DNA of 32,000 nucleotides from Candidatus Thorarchaeota archaeon. GTDB taxonomy: Archaea; Asgardarchaeota; Thorarchaeia; Thorarchaeales; Thorarchaeaceae. The stretch lies in assembly GCA_008080745.1 (NCBI GenBank), contig SHMX01000007.1:102794-134793 (forward strand). Direction: 5' to 3'. Below, piece by piece: positions 1-8,808 of this stretch. The notes under the pieces are model-generated. The model was given only the letters and a program-made list of their open reading frames with translations, was not told the origin of the DNA and searched no databases. Each line of letters begins with the position of its first letter. Position 1 is the first letter of the stretch. The position numbers were made by a program, and so were the translations under genes.

Positions 1-42
1 TCCTCTGTAATTGCTCATATTCAATGCTGTGAGAGACCTGAT

Positions 43-693
43 ATGAATCCTGAGAAATCTGACCTGCATATTCATTCTGACATGTCTGATGGCAGGATGT
101 CAATTGAGGAGATTGTATCACATGCATCTCAGTTGCATCTGGACACTATTGCAATAACAGATCATTTCGGACCTTGCTATGGATGTATAAAAAGTGACCT
201 TTCAATAATAGAACGACGAAGACAATCTATTCACGATATTTCACAAGAATATCCAAACGTAAGAGTTCTTGATGGAGCTGAACTTGATATCTATATAGAT
301 GGCTGTATGACTGAGATTGCAGGAGGAAAAGAACAATTTGGCTTAGTGATTGGTTCCGTACACTTCATGACAGACTCATCTCGGTGGGTTTCATTATTAT
401 CCAAAGCAACAAAGAAACACCATTTTGATATCTTAGGGCATCCCGATGGATACCTCACGACCTATCTAGAGGATGACGGTGAAAAGGCTGCTCAAATCTT
501 GGCAGATGCTGGCATAGCAGTAGAATTGAGTGGTCGCTATCCTCCAAAATTCAATCATTTTCTTGTTTCTGCTCGCGATGCTGGATGCATGTTCTCACTA
601 GGGAGTGATGCTCATTGGTTAAGTGCTATTGGAAAATTAGGGGATCAACTTGAGCTAGCAAAAATCTTGAATTTACCCCTGGCGAAATTCTAG
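43..693 (+). CDS. PHP-domain metal-dependent phosphoesterase (YcdX/HisPPase-like)
   Basis: Metal-binding motifs HIHSDMSDG, ITDH, GAE, SVHF, GHPDG and GSDAH in the canonical PHP order. Confidence 0.85.
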   Translation: MNPEKSDLHIHSDMSDGRMSIEEIVSHASQLHLDTIAITDHFGPCYGCIKSDLSIIERRRQSIHDISQEYPNVRVLDGAELDIYIDGCMTEIAGGKEQFGLVIGSVHFMTDSSRWVSLLSKATKKHHFDILGHPDGYLTTYLEDDGEKAAQILADAGIAVELSGRYPPKFNHFLVSARDAGCMFSLGSDAHWLSAIGKLGDQLELAKILNLPLAKF

Positions 694-813
694 TGATATG
701 TCATCTGTATCGTTTACACTATTGTCCACATCGATAACGAGCCTGTTTTGTTAGTCAATACATTTTTCATCTAATATTTCCAATGAATCTGTATCTCTGA
801 TTGGAGGTTCGCA

Positions 814-1236
814 TTGATGACAGAGGATAAAAAGGTCTTTCCATCACCAGAATGGATTGAGAAATATGTTGAGCTATTAAATTCAAATCCTGCTTATAAG
901 GAGGCAGCAAAGACTTGGGAAGGAGATTTCATCTTTCAGATTGACCCTGATGGAGTAATTGTGAAGGAACCAATACGCTTCTATCTTGACCTTTGGCATG
1001 GTGATTGTCGAGAGGGTCGAATGGCAACGGAGGACGATGATGCAGAATTTCTCTATCAAGGCACATATGAAAATTGGAAGAAACTCCTCAATGGGGAGAT
1101 TGACCCAATTCGTGGAATCATGTCCCGCAAATTCAAGCTGAAGGGAAGTATGTCCAAGGTGATGCGTGCCACGAAAGCCGCCTCAGAACTTGTTGCCACC
1201 GCAGCTCGGGTTCCCACAAAATTCATTGATGAATAA
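814..1236 (+). CDS. SCP2 sterol/lipid-binding domain protein
   Basis: SCP2 C-terminal pattern (LLNGEIDPIRGIMSRKFKLKGSM) and N-terminal FPSPEW typical of archaeal SCP2 proteins. GGAGG SD precedes TTG814/ATG817. Confidence 0.85.
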   Translation: MMTEDKKVFPSPEWIEKYVELLNSNPAYKEAAKTWEGDFIFQIDPDGVIVKEPIRFYLDLWHGDCREGRMATEDDDAEFLYQGTYENWKKLLNGEIDPIRGIMSRKFKLKGSMSKVMRATKAASELVATAARVPTKFIDE

Positions 1237-1317
1237 TCGCAACTCAAACGAATATTCCTTAATAATGCCCGTGAGAGGATATTATCCCTGCACAAAACAT
1301 ATTGTAGAGGCAGACCT

Positions 1318-3156
1318 TTGACGGGACCGGATAAACCTGACAATATAGCGGATAGTGAGTCCACTATTAGTGAACGTCAGATACATTCGTCAACTCAATC
1401 ATTGGTTTCCCTTTCACACCTTAGCAAAGAGATTCTCTCCTCTATGCCCTTCCCTATTTTCCTACTCGATTCTGAAAAACGGATTTCTTTTGCTAATTCT
1501 GAAGCTCTGAGGATTGTAGAACGGGAGATATTCGATGTAATAGGAATACCCTGTCAAAGCATCTGGATGGAACAAGAAACTGATTGTAGTTCCTGTTTTC
1601 TGGATGACTTAAAGGAGTCCGAATCTAGGTCTTGTATTATTCAGAAATCTGATGGCACGATATGGAAAATGACCAGTTCAATAATCGATATTTCCGAGTC
1701 ACAATCAGGATATATTCTAATAGCACAGGATGTTTCGCGCGAGATTGTGGCAGAGAGTATTCAAAAAGAAACAGATGAGCGCTATAAGTTATTGGCTGAG
1801 TCTAGCTTTGATGGTGTGGTCCTTCATGTAGATCGGGAGATTGTTGAGGCCTCGGATAGTTTTGCTGAACTCTTTGGCTACACACCTGATGAAGTCATTG
1901 GCATGAAAATCTTTGATTTCTTTACACCCGGGTCTGGTGAAGTAATCAAAGAACGAATCGAAACTGAATATGGTCAGTCTTACGAAACTGTGGGTCTGAG
2001 AAAGGATGGTTCTACTGTTCTCTTAGAGGGCTTTGGTCGGACATGTAGATATGAAGGAAGGCCTGCAAGAATTGCCGCTGTTAAGAATATAGAAGCCGAG
2101 AAAGAAGCAGAAGATGCTCTAAAGTCAAGCGAAGAACGTTTCCGAGCAGTATTCGAGCGAGCAGGAATTGGTATGGCCATAACCAGCCTTGAGAATCACT
2201 TCATGCATACTAATCGAGCTTTGCAAGATATGCTTGGTTACACCGAAATGAATCTGGTTAACATGCCACTATCCGATGTAACTCATCCCGAGGACTTTAT
2301 CCTGGATGAAATACTGCTCAGAGAAATTCAACTTGGAAGCAATGACATGTATCAATTAGAGAAACGATTCGTTCGATCCGACTCTGAGATAATGTGGGCC
2401 CGGGTCACAGCCTCTGTAGTACGAGGTAAAGATGGGGATGCTGAGTTTGCAATTCAGATGATTGAGGATATCACCGATTACAAGCGTTCCGAGCGTGAAT
2501 TACGTACTGCTAGTGAGAGATCACGTCTGTTCCTGGATATAATGAGTCACGATATCCGCAATCAGATGCAGATTATTCTGGGGCGTGTATCGTTAGTAAA
2601 CGAGATGGTGGATAATCACGTTTTCGAAGCCATGTTAGAGGAAGCAATGACTTCAGTGGAACTATGTGAGGCAATTATTCGAAAGACCCAATCTACTGAA
2701 TCGTTGTCCGAGATTCCACTGAAACCCCGAGATCTTGTTGAAGCACTACAGAAGAACTATGAAGTCTTCTCAGAAAGATATCCTGATGTAGTATTCTATT
2801 TTGACACCAAACTCAAGAAAGCAACTGTCATGGCGGACAAATATTTAGACCACCTTATAGAAAACCTCGTTGAGAACGCAGTGATACACAATCCGCGTGA
2901 AAATAAAGTTGTGTGGATATCATTAGAAAAATCTGCGATGGGTTACCTCTTTGCAATAGAAGATAATGGTGTTGGCATACCTGAGAGTGCTCGTGTAGGT
3001 CTCTTTGATATGAAATTAAGGATAGGTGGTGTGGGCCTCCACCAATCAAAACAAATTGTTGAGAAATATTCTGGACGAATTGAACCTATGGAACGTGTTC
3101 GAGACCATCCCAGTCGTGGAACCCGATTTGAAGTCTGGCTTCCAAACACTATTTGA
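1318..3156 (+). CDS. Multi-PAS sensor histidine kinase
   Basis: Three PAS/PAC-like segments; H-box MSHDIRNQ, N-box NLVENA, G1 EDNGVGIP, G2 GGVGL, and GTRFEVWLP. No TM segment seen. Start codon uncertain. Confidence 0.9.
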   Translation: MTGPDKPDNIADSESTISERQIHSSTQSLVSLSHLSKEILSSMPFPIFLLDSEKRISFANSEALRIVEREIFDVIGIPCQSIWMEQETDCSSCFLDDLKESESRSCIIQKSDGTIWKMTSSIIDISESQSGYILIAQDVSREIVAESIQKETDERYKLLAESSFDGVVLHVDREIVEASDSFAELFGYTPDEVIGMKIFDFFTPGSGEVIKERIETEYGQSYETVGLRKDGSTVLLEGFGRTCRYEGRPARIAAVKNIEAEKEAEDALKSSEERFRAVFERAGIGMAITSLENHFMHTNRALQDMLGYTEMNLVNMPLSDVTHPEDFILDEILLREIQLGSNDMYQLEKRFVRSDSEIMWARVTASVVRGKDGDAEFAIQMIEDITDYKRSERELRTASERSRLFLDIMSHDIRNQMQIILGRVSLVNEMVDNHVFEAMLEEAMTSVELCEAIIRKTQSTESLSEIPLKPRDLVEALQKNYEVFSERYPDVVFYFDTKLKKATVMADKYLDHLIENLVENAVIHNPRENKVVWISLEKSAMGYLFAIEDNGVGIPESARVGLFDMKLRIGGVGLHQSKQIVEKYSGRIEPMERVRDHPSRGTRFEVWLPNTI

Positions 3157-3238
3157 TGATATTTTTTGAATTTTGAACTTATCACCCGAATGTAGAAATA
3201 CTTGGATACCTACTGTCAGCAGGGATTAATCTGCAAAT

Positions 3239-4426
3239 ATGGAGATAATTACAGTGTGGTGGTTTATAGCTCCAAAGACAATTTTTGGTGAAGATGCGAT
3301 AGAGGAACTGGGCGAGTTTCCAGCTGGAAATGCTTTCGTAGTCACAGATCCTGTCGTATACAAATTGGGACTTACAGAGAAACTGACCCAGATTCTTACA
3401 GCGCGAGGTTGGTCTGTTGCTCTATGGGATTGTGCTGAACCGGATCCGAAGGTGTCAGTAGTGAAAGAAGCTGCAGCTGCAATGGAAAACTTCTGTGCTG
3501 ACTTGATAATTGCCGTGGGTGGAGGTAGTGTTATGGATACAGCCAAAGCAGCTTGGATTCTGTATGAACATCCCGACACTGATCTGGAAGCTGTTAATCC
3601 TCTGGAACCTCTTCATCTGCGTAAGAAGGCACGTCTAGTATGTATTCCCACTACTGCTGGTACTGGTTCAGAGGCTACTCGGGCCATTGTGATTCGTGAT
3701 GATGAAACAGGCAGAAAATTCAGCACAAGCAATGGAGAGTTAGCTCCAGATTGGGCTATTTTAGATCCTGTCTTCGTGAAGGGACTTCCAAAAGATCTCA
3801 CAGCATATACTGGTCTTGACGCCCTATCTCATGCAGTGGAGGGATACTCCTCTGTCTGGAAAAATGACTTTTCTGATGGTTGTTCTCTTCAGGCTGTGAA
3901 ACTCATCTTCGAATGGCTACCTAAATCATATCAGAATCCCGACGATTTGGAGGCCAGGGAGAAGATGCTTATTGCCGCCAATCTAGGTGGCTTATCGTTC
4001 AGCAATTCCCAGGTTGCATTAGCTCATAGCCTCGGTCATAGTATTGGATCCGTTCTAAGACTCCATCATGGAATGTCTGTGGGGATGGTACTTCCGTATG
4101 TAATTGAGTTCAATATCCATGATAATCCGGATGTAGCTCTTCTGTATCAGGAACTGGGACGTCAGATAGGTATATCTGAAGATGATCCAATCAAAGCTGC
4201 TCTTGAATTCGCTAATAGAATCCGTGAACTTCAGAATACAATCGATGCGCCAAAGAGCTTTACGGAGGCTGGTGTATCCAAGAAGGACTTTGATTCTGGT
4301 CTTGTGGAACTGGTTGAATTCACCATGATGGATGCCAGTATAACCATGAATGCTCGGGATATATCAGAAGAAGAAGTTAAGAAGATGTATTCGTATATCT
4401 TCGAAGGTAAATCTGTTGATTTCTAG
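3239..4426 (+). CDS. Iron-containing alcohol dehydrogenase
   Basis: GGGSVMDTAK, PTTAGTGSE, GLDALSHAVE and AHSLGH...HG metal ligands. Confidence 0.95.
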   Translation: MEIITVWWFIAPKTIFGEDAIEELGEFPAGNAFVVTDPVVYKLGLTEKLTQILTARGWSVALWDCAEPDPKVSVVKEAAAAMENFCADLIIAVGGGSVMDTAKAAWILYEHPDTDLEAVNPLEPLHLRKKARLVCIPTTAGTGSEATRAIVIRDDETGRKFSTSNGELAPDWAILDPVFVKGLPKDLTAYTGLDALSHAVEGYSSVWKNDFSDGCSLQAVKLIFEWLPKSYQNPDDLEAREKMLIAANLGGLSFSNSQVALAHSLGHSIGSVLRLHHGMSVGMVLPYVIEFNIHDNPDVALLYQELGRQIGISEDDPIKAALEFANRIRELQNTIDAPKSFTEAGVSKKDFDSGLVELVEFTMMDASITMNARDISEEEVKKMYSYIFEGKSVDF

Positions 4427-6253
4427 GTGACCGACATGTTTGGGTATCGTGGGAAAATTCTTACTGTGGACCTCACTTCTGAGGAGATATCCACAACACC
4501 TCTTGATGAAAAACAGGCAAGAGAATTCATTGGCGGAGCTGGATTGGCTTGTCGAATCCTCTATGATTTGATTGATGAAAACACAGATCCTCTCGGACCT
4601 GATAATCCCTTGTTATTTCTAACAGGACCATTCTGTGGCACCAAGGTTCCAACAGGTAGTAAAGCAAGTCTTTGTTCTCGTTCCCCACAGACTGGACTAT
4701 GGTTACATAGTACCTTTGGTGGGCATCTTGGTGCAGATATCAAGTTCGCTGGCTATGATGGAATTCTAATTCAGGGTGCCAGTAAATCTCCAAAGTACCT
4801 ATTGGTTGAAGATGATGTAGTACGTATCCAAGATGCTTCTCATCTATGGGGTACGGATACAGAGGTAGTCTGGGAGAGCTTGAAGAAGGAAACCGGACAC
4901 AAAGTGGCTGGCATAGCTAGGATTGGTGTGGCTGGTGAAAACTTGGTCAAATTTGCAAGTGTGGTTATTGATCATCACCGTGCGGCTGGACGTGGTGGAC
5001 TTGGTGCAGTCTTCGGCTCAAAAAAACTGAAGGCTATAGTGGTTAAGGGTACTGACAGAAAAGTGCCTGTGGCTGATGAGACTGGTCTGAATGAATATGT
5101 GACTGCTTTGAATGAGCGGAAGCAGGAAGAGGTTTCGTTCAATCTGTATTCCGAGTTAGGCACAGCTGGTTTTGTGGATACTGCTACGATGATGTTTGGA
5201 TCCATGACCGCAGGATACTACCAAGTACCCGACTTTGACGCTTACAATATAAGCGGTGCAAGTGTCAAGGAGAGCATTCTGGTGGGCAAGACTGCTTGTT
5301 ATCGCTGTCCAATAGGATGTGGCCGAGTAATCAAAATCGACGAAGGAAAATATGCCACTGGAAAGTTCTCTGGGCCTGAATTGGAGGTCACTGGTACCAT
5401 GGGTATCCAACTGATGAACGATGATCTACATGCTCTTGCCTATGCAAGCAAACAGTTAGACCTTCTCGGGATGGACTTTATCTCAGCGGGTAATGTCGTT
5501 GCCTTTGCCTATTATCTATACAATGAAGGAATGATTACCAGTGATGATCTGGACGGACTAACTCCCCAATGGGGCGAGACTGATACTGCTCTCAAACTAT
5601 TGGATAAGATTGCTTCCCGTGAAGGTGTCGGAGATATCATGGCGGAGGGCTCTCTGGCATTTGGAGAAAAATTTGGAAAGGTAACATTAGCAGCACAGGT
5701 CAATGGTCTGGATCTTCCCCAACACGACCCTCGTGGTTTTTCGGGCATGGCAATAGGTTACATGACTTCCCCTAGGGGAGCATGTCATATGACTGCGGAT
5801 ATGTATAACGTTCAGATGGGTGTTTCAGACGAGTCCTGGGGTGTCGTCAGTGAGGATCGGTTTGAGAATGCTGCCGTGATAACCGCAAGACAACAAGATT
5901 TTCGTGCTATCACTAATTCTGCACTCATTTGTAATTTTTATCCAATCTTGGGTGATGAGCTAGCAGAATTGTTCAAGATGGTTGTTGGCTGGGACATCCC
6001 TTTGGATGAATTGAAACTCACTGGTGAGAGAATCTTCACACTAATGCGACTGTTCAATCTCCGGTTTGGATATGACACCTCCAATGAGTTTCTACCAGAT
6101 ATAGTCATGAGACCTCTTGAGGGACAAACAGAAGGTTTTGTTCCAGACACAGATGCTCAACTAGATGCTTGGTATGATTATCGGAATTGGGACCGTACGA
6201 CCGGCAAACCATCAGACGAGAAGCTGAGAAAACTGGGCCTTCACTCTTTATGA
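4427..6253 (+). CDS. aor: Aldehyde:ferredoxin oxidoreductase (W/Mo-pterin AOR family)
   Basis: N-terminal GKILTVDLT, GGHLGADIKFAGYDG, GRGGLGAVFGSKKLKAI, Fe-S ligands CYRCPIGC and RGACH, LDLLGMD. GTG start directly abuts the ADH stop codon. Confidence 0.93.
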   Translation: MTDMFGYRGKILTVDLTSEEISTTPLDEKQAREFIGGAGLACRILYDLIDENTDPLGPDNPLLFLTGPFCGTKVPTGSKASLCSRSPQTGLWLHSTFGGHLGADIKFAGYDGILIQGASKSPKYLLVEDDVVRIQDASHLWGTDTEVVWESLKKETGHKVAGIARIGVAGENLVKFASVVIDHHRAAGRGGLGAVFGSKKLKAIVVKGTDRKVPVADETGLNEYVTALNERKQEEVSFNLYSELGTAGFVDTATMMFGSMTAGYYQVPDFDAYNISGASVKESILVGKTACYRCPIGCGRVIKIDEGKYATGKFSGPELEVTGTMGIQLMNDDLHALAYASKQLDLLGMDFISAGNVVAFAYYLYNEGMITSDDLDGLTPQWGETDTALKLLDKIASREGVGDIMAEGSLAFGEKFGKVTLAAQVNGLDLPQHDPRGFSGMAIGYMTSPRGACHMTADMYNVQMGVSDESWGVVSEDRFENAAVITARQQDFRAITNSALICNFYPILGDELAELFKMVVGWDIPLDELKLTGERIFTLMRLFNLRFGYDTSNEFLPDIVMRPLEGQTEGFVPDTDAQLDAWYDYRNWDRTTGKPSDEKLRKLGLHSL

Positions 6254-6303
6254 GAAGGGACAAGCTTTTCATTAGGATTTACCCATGATTCCCTGGAGAG
6301 AAT

Positions 6304-7182
6304 ATGATGTTCTTTGATCCCAATTTCACTTTGGTTCTCCGAGAACTAATGCCGTGGGCTGGACTCTTCTTCCGAGCAATCACAGAGCTAGGTTCTGAAA
6401 TTTTCTATGTCGTTTTGATTCTAACTTCCTTCTGGGCCTTCAAGAAACGAGGGTCCATAATCCTTGTATTTGTATTGCTGTTCTCTATCCTTTCAAACTA
6501 TTGGCTGAAGGTTGCTATTCAAAATCCCCGACCAGATGAAATTTATCATTACGAAGGAGTTGACCCATACAATTACAGCACACCGAGTGGACACGCGCAG
6601 AACTCAGCCACACTATTTGGTTGGATTGCTGTGAAGGTACGAACCTGGTGGATGCTCCTTATATCCACTATACTCACAATTCTAATTGGAATCTCTCGTA
6701 TCTATCTGGGTGTACATTTCCTAGGTGATGTTCTTCTTGGATGGTTTGTTGGGTTTTTGATAGTGGTCCTACTGCTCTATCTTGAGGAACCATTCAAAGA
6801 ATTTGTATCAAAACATAACTACCTACACCTTTACCTTCTTCTCTTTATCTTTGGGCTTGTTGCTACAATATTCAGTACGTATGTCCTTCCTCAACCTCCT
6901 GAGGACAACTTTGGAGCACTTGGTGGATTGATTATGGGTATTGCCATTGGTTTACCTCTTGAGAGAAGATACGTCAATTTCTCAACTGAGGCACCTAACG
7001 GTCAGAAATGGCGGTTGATATTAAGAGTGATAATTGGTCTTCTTGCTGTCGTAACAATCATGGTTGGATTGGGTGCTATTCTTCCAACAGCTGAGGTCTG
7101 GTTACGAACGATACGATATGCTTTGGCAACTATCGTGGGGCTCTTCATTTGGCCCCTTATCTTCACACGGATTAGTCTATAG
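6304..7182 (+). CDS. PAP2-family membrane phosphatase
   Basis: Motifs KVAIQNPRP, PSGH and SRIYLGVHFLGD, plus multiple TM helices. Confidence 0.9.
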   Translation: MMFFDPNFTLVLRELMPWAGLFFRAITELGSEIFYVVLILTSFWAFKKRGSIILVFVLLFSILSNYWLKVAIQNPRPDEIYHYEGVDPYNYSTPSGHAQNSATLFGWIAVKVRTWWMLLISTILTILIGISRIYLGVHFLGDVLLGWFVGFLIVVLLLYLEEPFKEFVSKHNYLHLYLLLFIFGLVATIFSTYVLPQPPEDNFGALGGLIMGIAIGLPLERRYVNFSTEAPNGQKWRLILRVIIGLLAVVTIMVGLGAILPTAEVWLRTIRYALATIVGLFIWPLIFTRISL

Positions 7183-7184
7183 TA

Positions 7185-7979
7185 TCAGTTGTCTAAAAAT
7201 TTAAGGTGCCCACTCTCTACGAGCTTGGACGTGAGAAATACTGTCACACTAGGCTCGTAGGGAACAGCTTCTTTTACCTCTCGAAATGTTTTCACTCCAT
7301 CAAAGGACTTGATGAGGTCTGGAGCTTCTATACTGATGTCTCCCCGCTTTTGAAGTATAAGGATGTCATCATCTCTGATGAGTCTTCTGAATTTGACCCA
7401 GCCATACCTGTGTAGAATGGAGAATATACCGAGTACCTCATTCTCCGGGATTGGTATTGAATCTAATATTTGTCTGACTGAACGTTTTCCATCAGCAAAT
7501 TTCAACAACCTCTCAATCTTCTCATCTAAGACACCGACTCTCCAATTGAATTCCCTCCCTCGTGTTGCAACTGGCGAGTAATCCAAATCTATGTCACCCA
7601 TGGGAAATTGTCTTAAGATAAAAAGAGCGTCTTCTTTGAATGGACGCATATCTCCCATGGTAAGGGTCTTTCGAGAATGCTTCTTTTCAAAATCATCTAG
7701 TATTATTTTCAGTTTGTCTTGATAGTTGGTAACATCATCTACTTTTCCGAGACCTGCTACAACAATAGAGAACTCTCCTCCCTCGAATATGTATCGTTTA
7801 TTTTGCCAGGCAATCTGCCGGAGTCCTTGACCCAAGAAATCCATAACCGCTCTAAAGAGAGCTGAAATAAGCGCTGGGTCGGTAATCATCTCTTGATATG
7901 GTAAGTTGAGAAGTGGTTCCCCTCCCTCTTTGTTCATAATCAAAATATGTCTAATCGTTGTTAGGTCGATTTGACTCAA
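7185..7979 (-). CDS. Longin-like domain + two winged-helix-like repeats (NPRL2-like architecture)
   Basis: N-terminal ~100 aa fits the longin pattern (HILIMNKEGGEPLL..DPALISALFRAVMDF..KRYIFE..SIVVAG). Two repeats FADGKRSVRQI...LHRYGWVKF and FDGVKTFREV...LVESGHLKF follow. GGAGG SD before TTG. Confidence 0.6.
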   Translation of the reverse strand: MSQIDLTTIRHILIMNKEGGEPLLNLPYQEMITDPALISALFRAVMDFLGQGLRQIAWQNKRYIFEGGEFSIVVAGLGKVDDVTNYQDKLKIILDDFEKKHSRKTLTMGDMRPFKEDALFILRQFPMGDIDLDYSPVATRGREFNWRVGVLDEKIERLLKFADGKRSVRQILDSIPIPENEVLGIFSILHRYGWVKFRRLIRDDDILILQKRGDISIEAPDLIKSFDGVKTFREVKEAVPYEPSVTVFLTSKLVESGHLKFLDN

Positions 7980-7991
7980 TCACATTCCTCC

Positions 7992-8255
7992 CTATTTACT
8001 CCTATTTTTCCTATTTAAAAAACATTCTTTCAAAAAACGAGCCAATTCTTCTATTGTTTCTTCTGGACTACCATCAGAAGTCCATACAATCCTAGATAGC
8101 TTGAATCCATAGAATTCTCGTAGAGCTACGATAAATGAAAGAATCAGAGATGGATCTATTACATCCTTTCTGTAAGCAGTTGATAGAATTTCCTCACTTG
8201 ATCTTTTACCTATAATTACTTGTCTTATTGGATCGGGAGAAGATATCTCATCCAA
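7992..8255 (-). CDS. Short longin-like paralogue (87 aa, internally deleted)
   Basis: Aligns by eye with both neighbours (IRQVII..Y..VIDPSLILSFIVALREFYG..L.RIVW) but lacks the following two strands. SD-like GGGGA upstream. Confidence 0.5.
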   Translation of the reverse strand: MDEISSPDPIRQVIIGKRSSEEILSTAYRKDVIDPSLILSFIVALREFYGFKLSRIVWTSDGSPEETIEELARFLKECFLNRKNRSK

Positions 8256-8323
8256 GCGAATCCCCTTTTACGTATACTGAAGGAAGAATAAGATAAATCT
8301 GCTGTACTTGAAGCATTTATTAC

Positions 8324-8728
8324 CTATGCAGAGAAATCACGAGTCATGCAGTCAGAGATATATCTTCTGATCATATCTTCCATCTCTTGTAGCATCGGAG
8401 CTTTTCCTGAAACTCTTACTCTCTCATAGTACGTAAACTCAAATTCGATCAGAATTCTTCCGAGTACATCTCGACAGTGTTGAATATTCTCCAAATCTTC
8501 AACTCCTGCAGCAATAATTGCTCGTTTTCCCAACTCGAAAACATATTGCTTCTCTTCAAGCGTGATTTGATAAAGCTGAGTTCCTATGAAGCCTGTCAGT
8601 GCTGTATAGAGGTCTGCAATGTCATCTGGGTCTGTCACACTCTCTTCATAAGGTACACTGATAATTGGCCCTTCTGTCTTATCCATAATTACTATATGCC
8701 ATATTTTCTTCGAGTCTAATTTATCCAT
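8324..8728 (-). CDS. Longin-like domain protein
   Basis: IWHIVIMDKTEGPII..DPDDIADLYTALTGF..KQYVFE..AIIAAG, paralogous to 7185-7979. Start placed at ATG8728 (MDKLD) by alignment to the paralogues; the ORF track extends to 8812. Confidence 0.6.
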   Translation of the reverse strand: MDKLDSKKIWHIVIMDKTEGPIISVPYEESVTDPDDIADLYTALTGFIGTQLYQITLEEKQYVFELGKRAIIAAGVEDLENIQHCRDVLGRILIEFEFTYYERVRVSGKAPMLQEMEDMIRRYISDCMTRDFSA

Positions 8729-8808
8729 GCTAACTAACCTGGGCCTATTCATAACTATTCTTCGGGCACTAATAAGATTGGGGATACCTATTAGGATATG
8801 TTGACCTA

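Noticed and set aside
1056-1364. Antisense and alternate-frame ORFs (also 2943-3185, 3226-3579, 14515-14970, 16915-17256, 18968-19273, 19526-19906, 27858-28383, 30818-31144, 31220-31576 and similar)
   Set aside because: They overlap well-supported genes and show no motifs; they are shadow ORFs.
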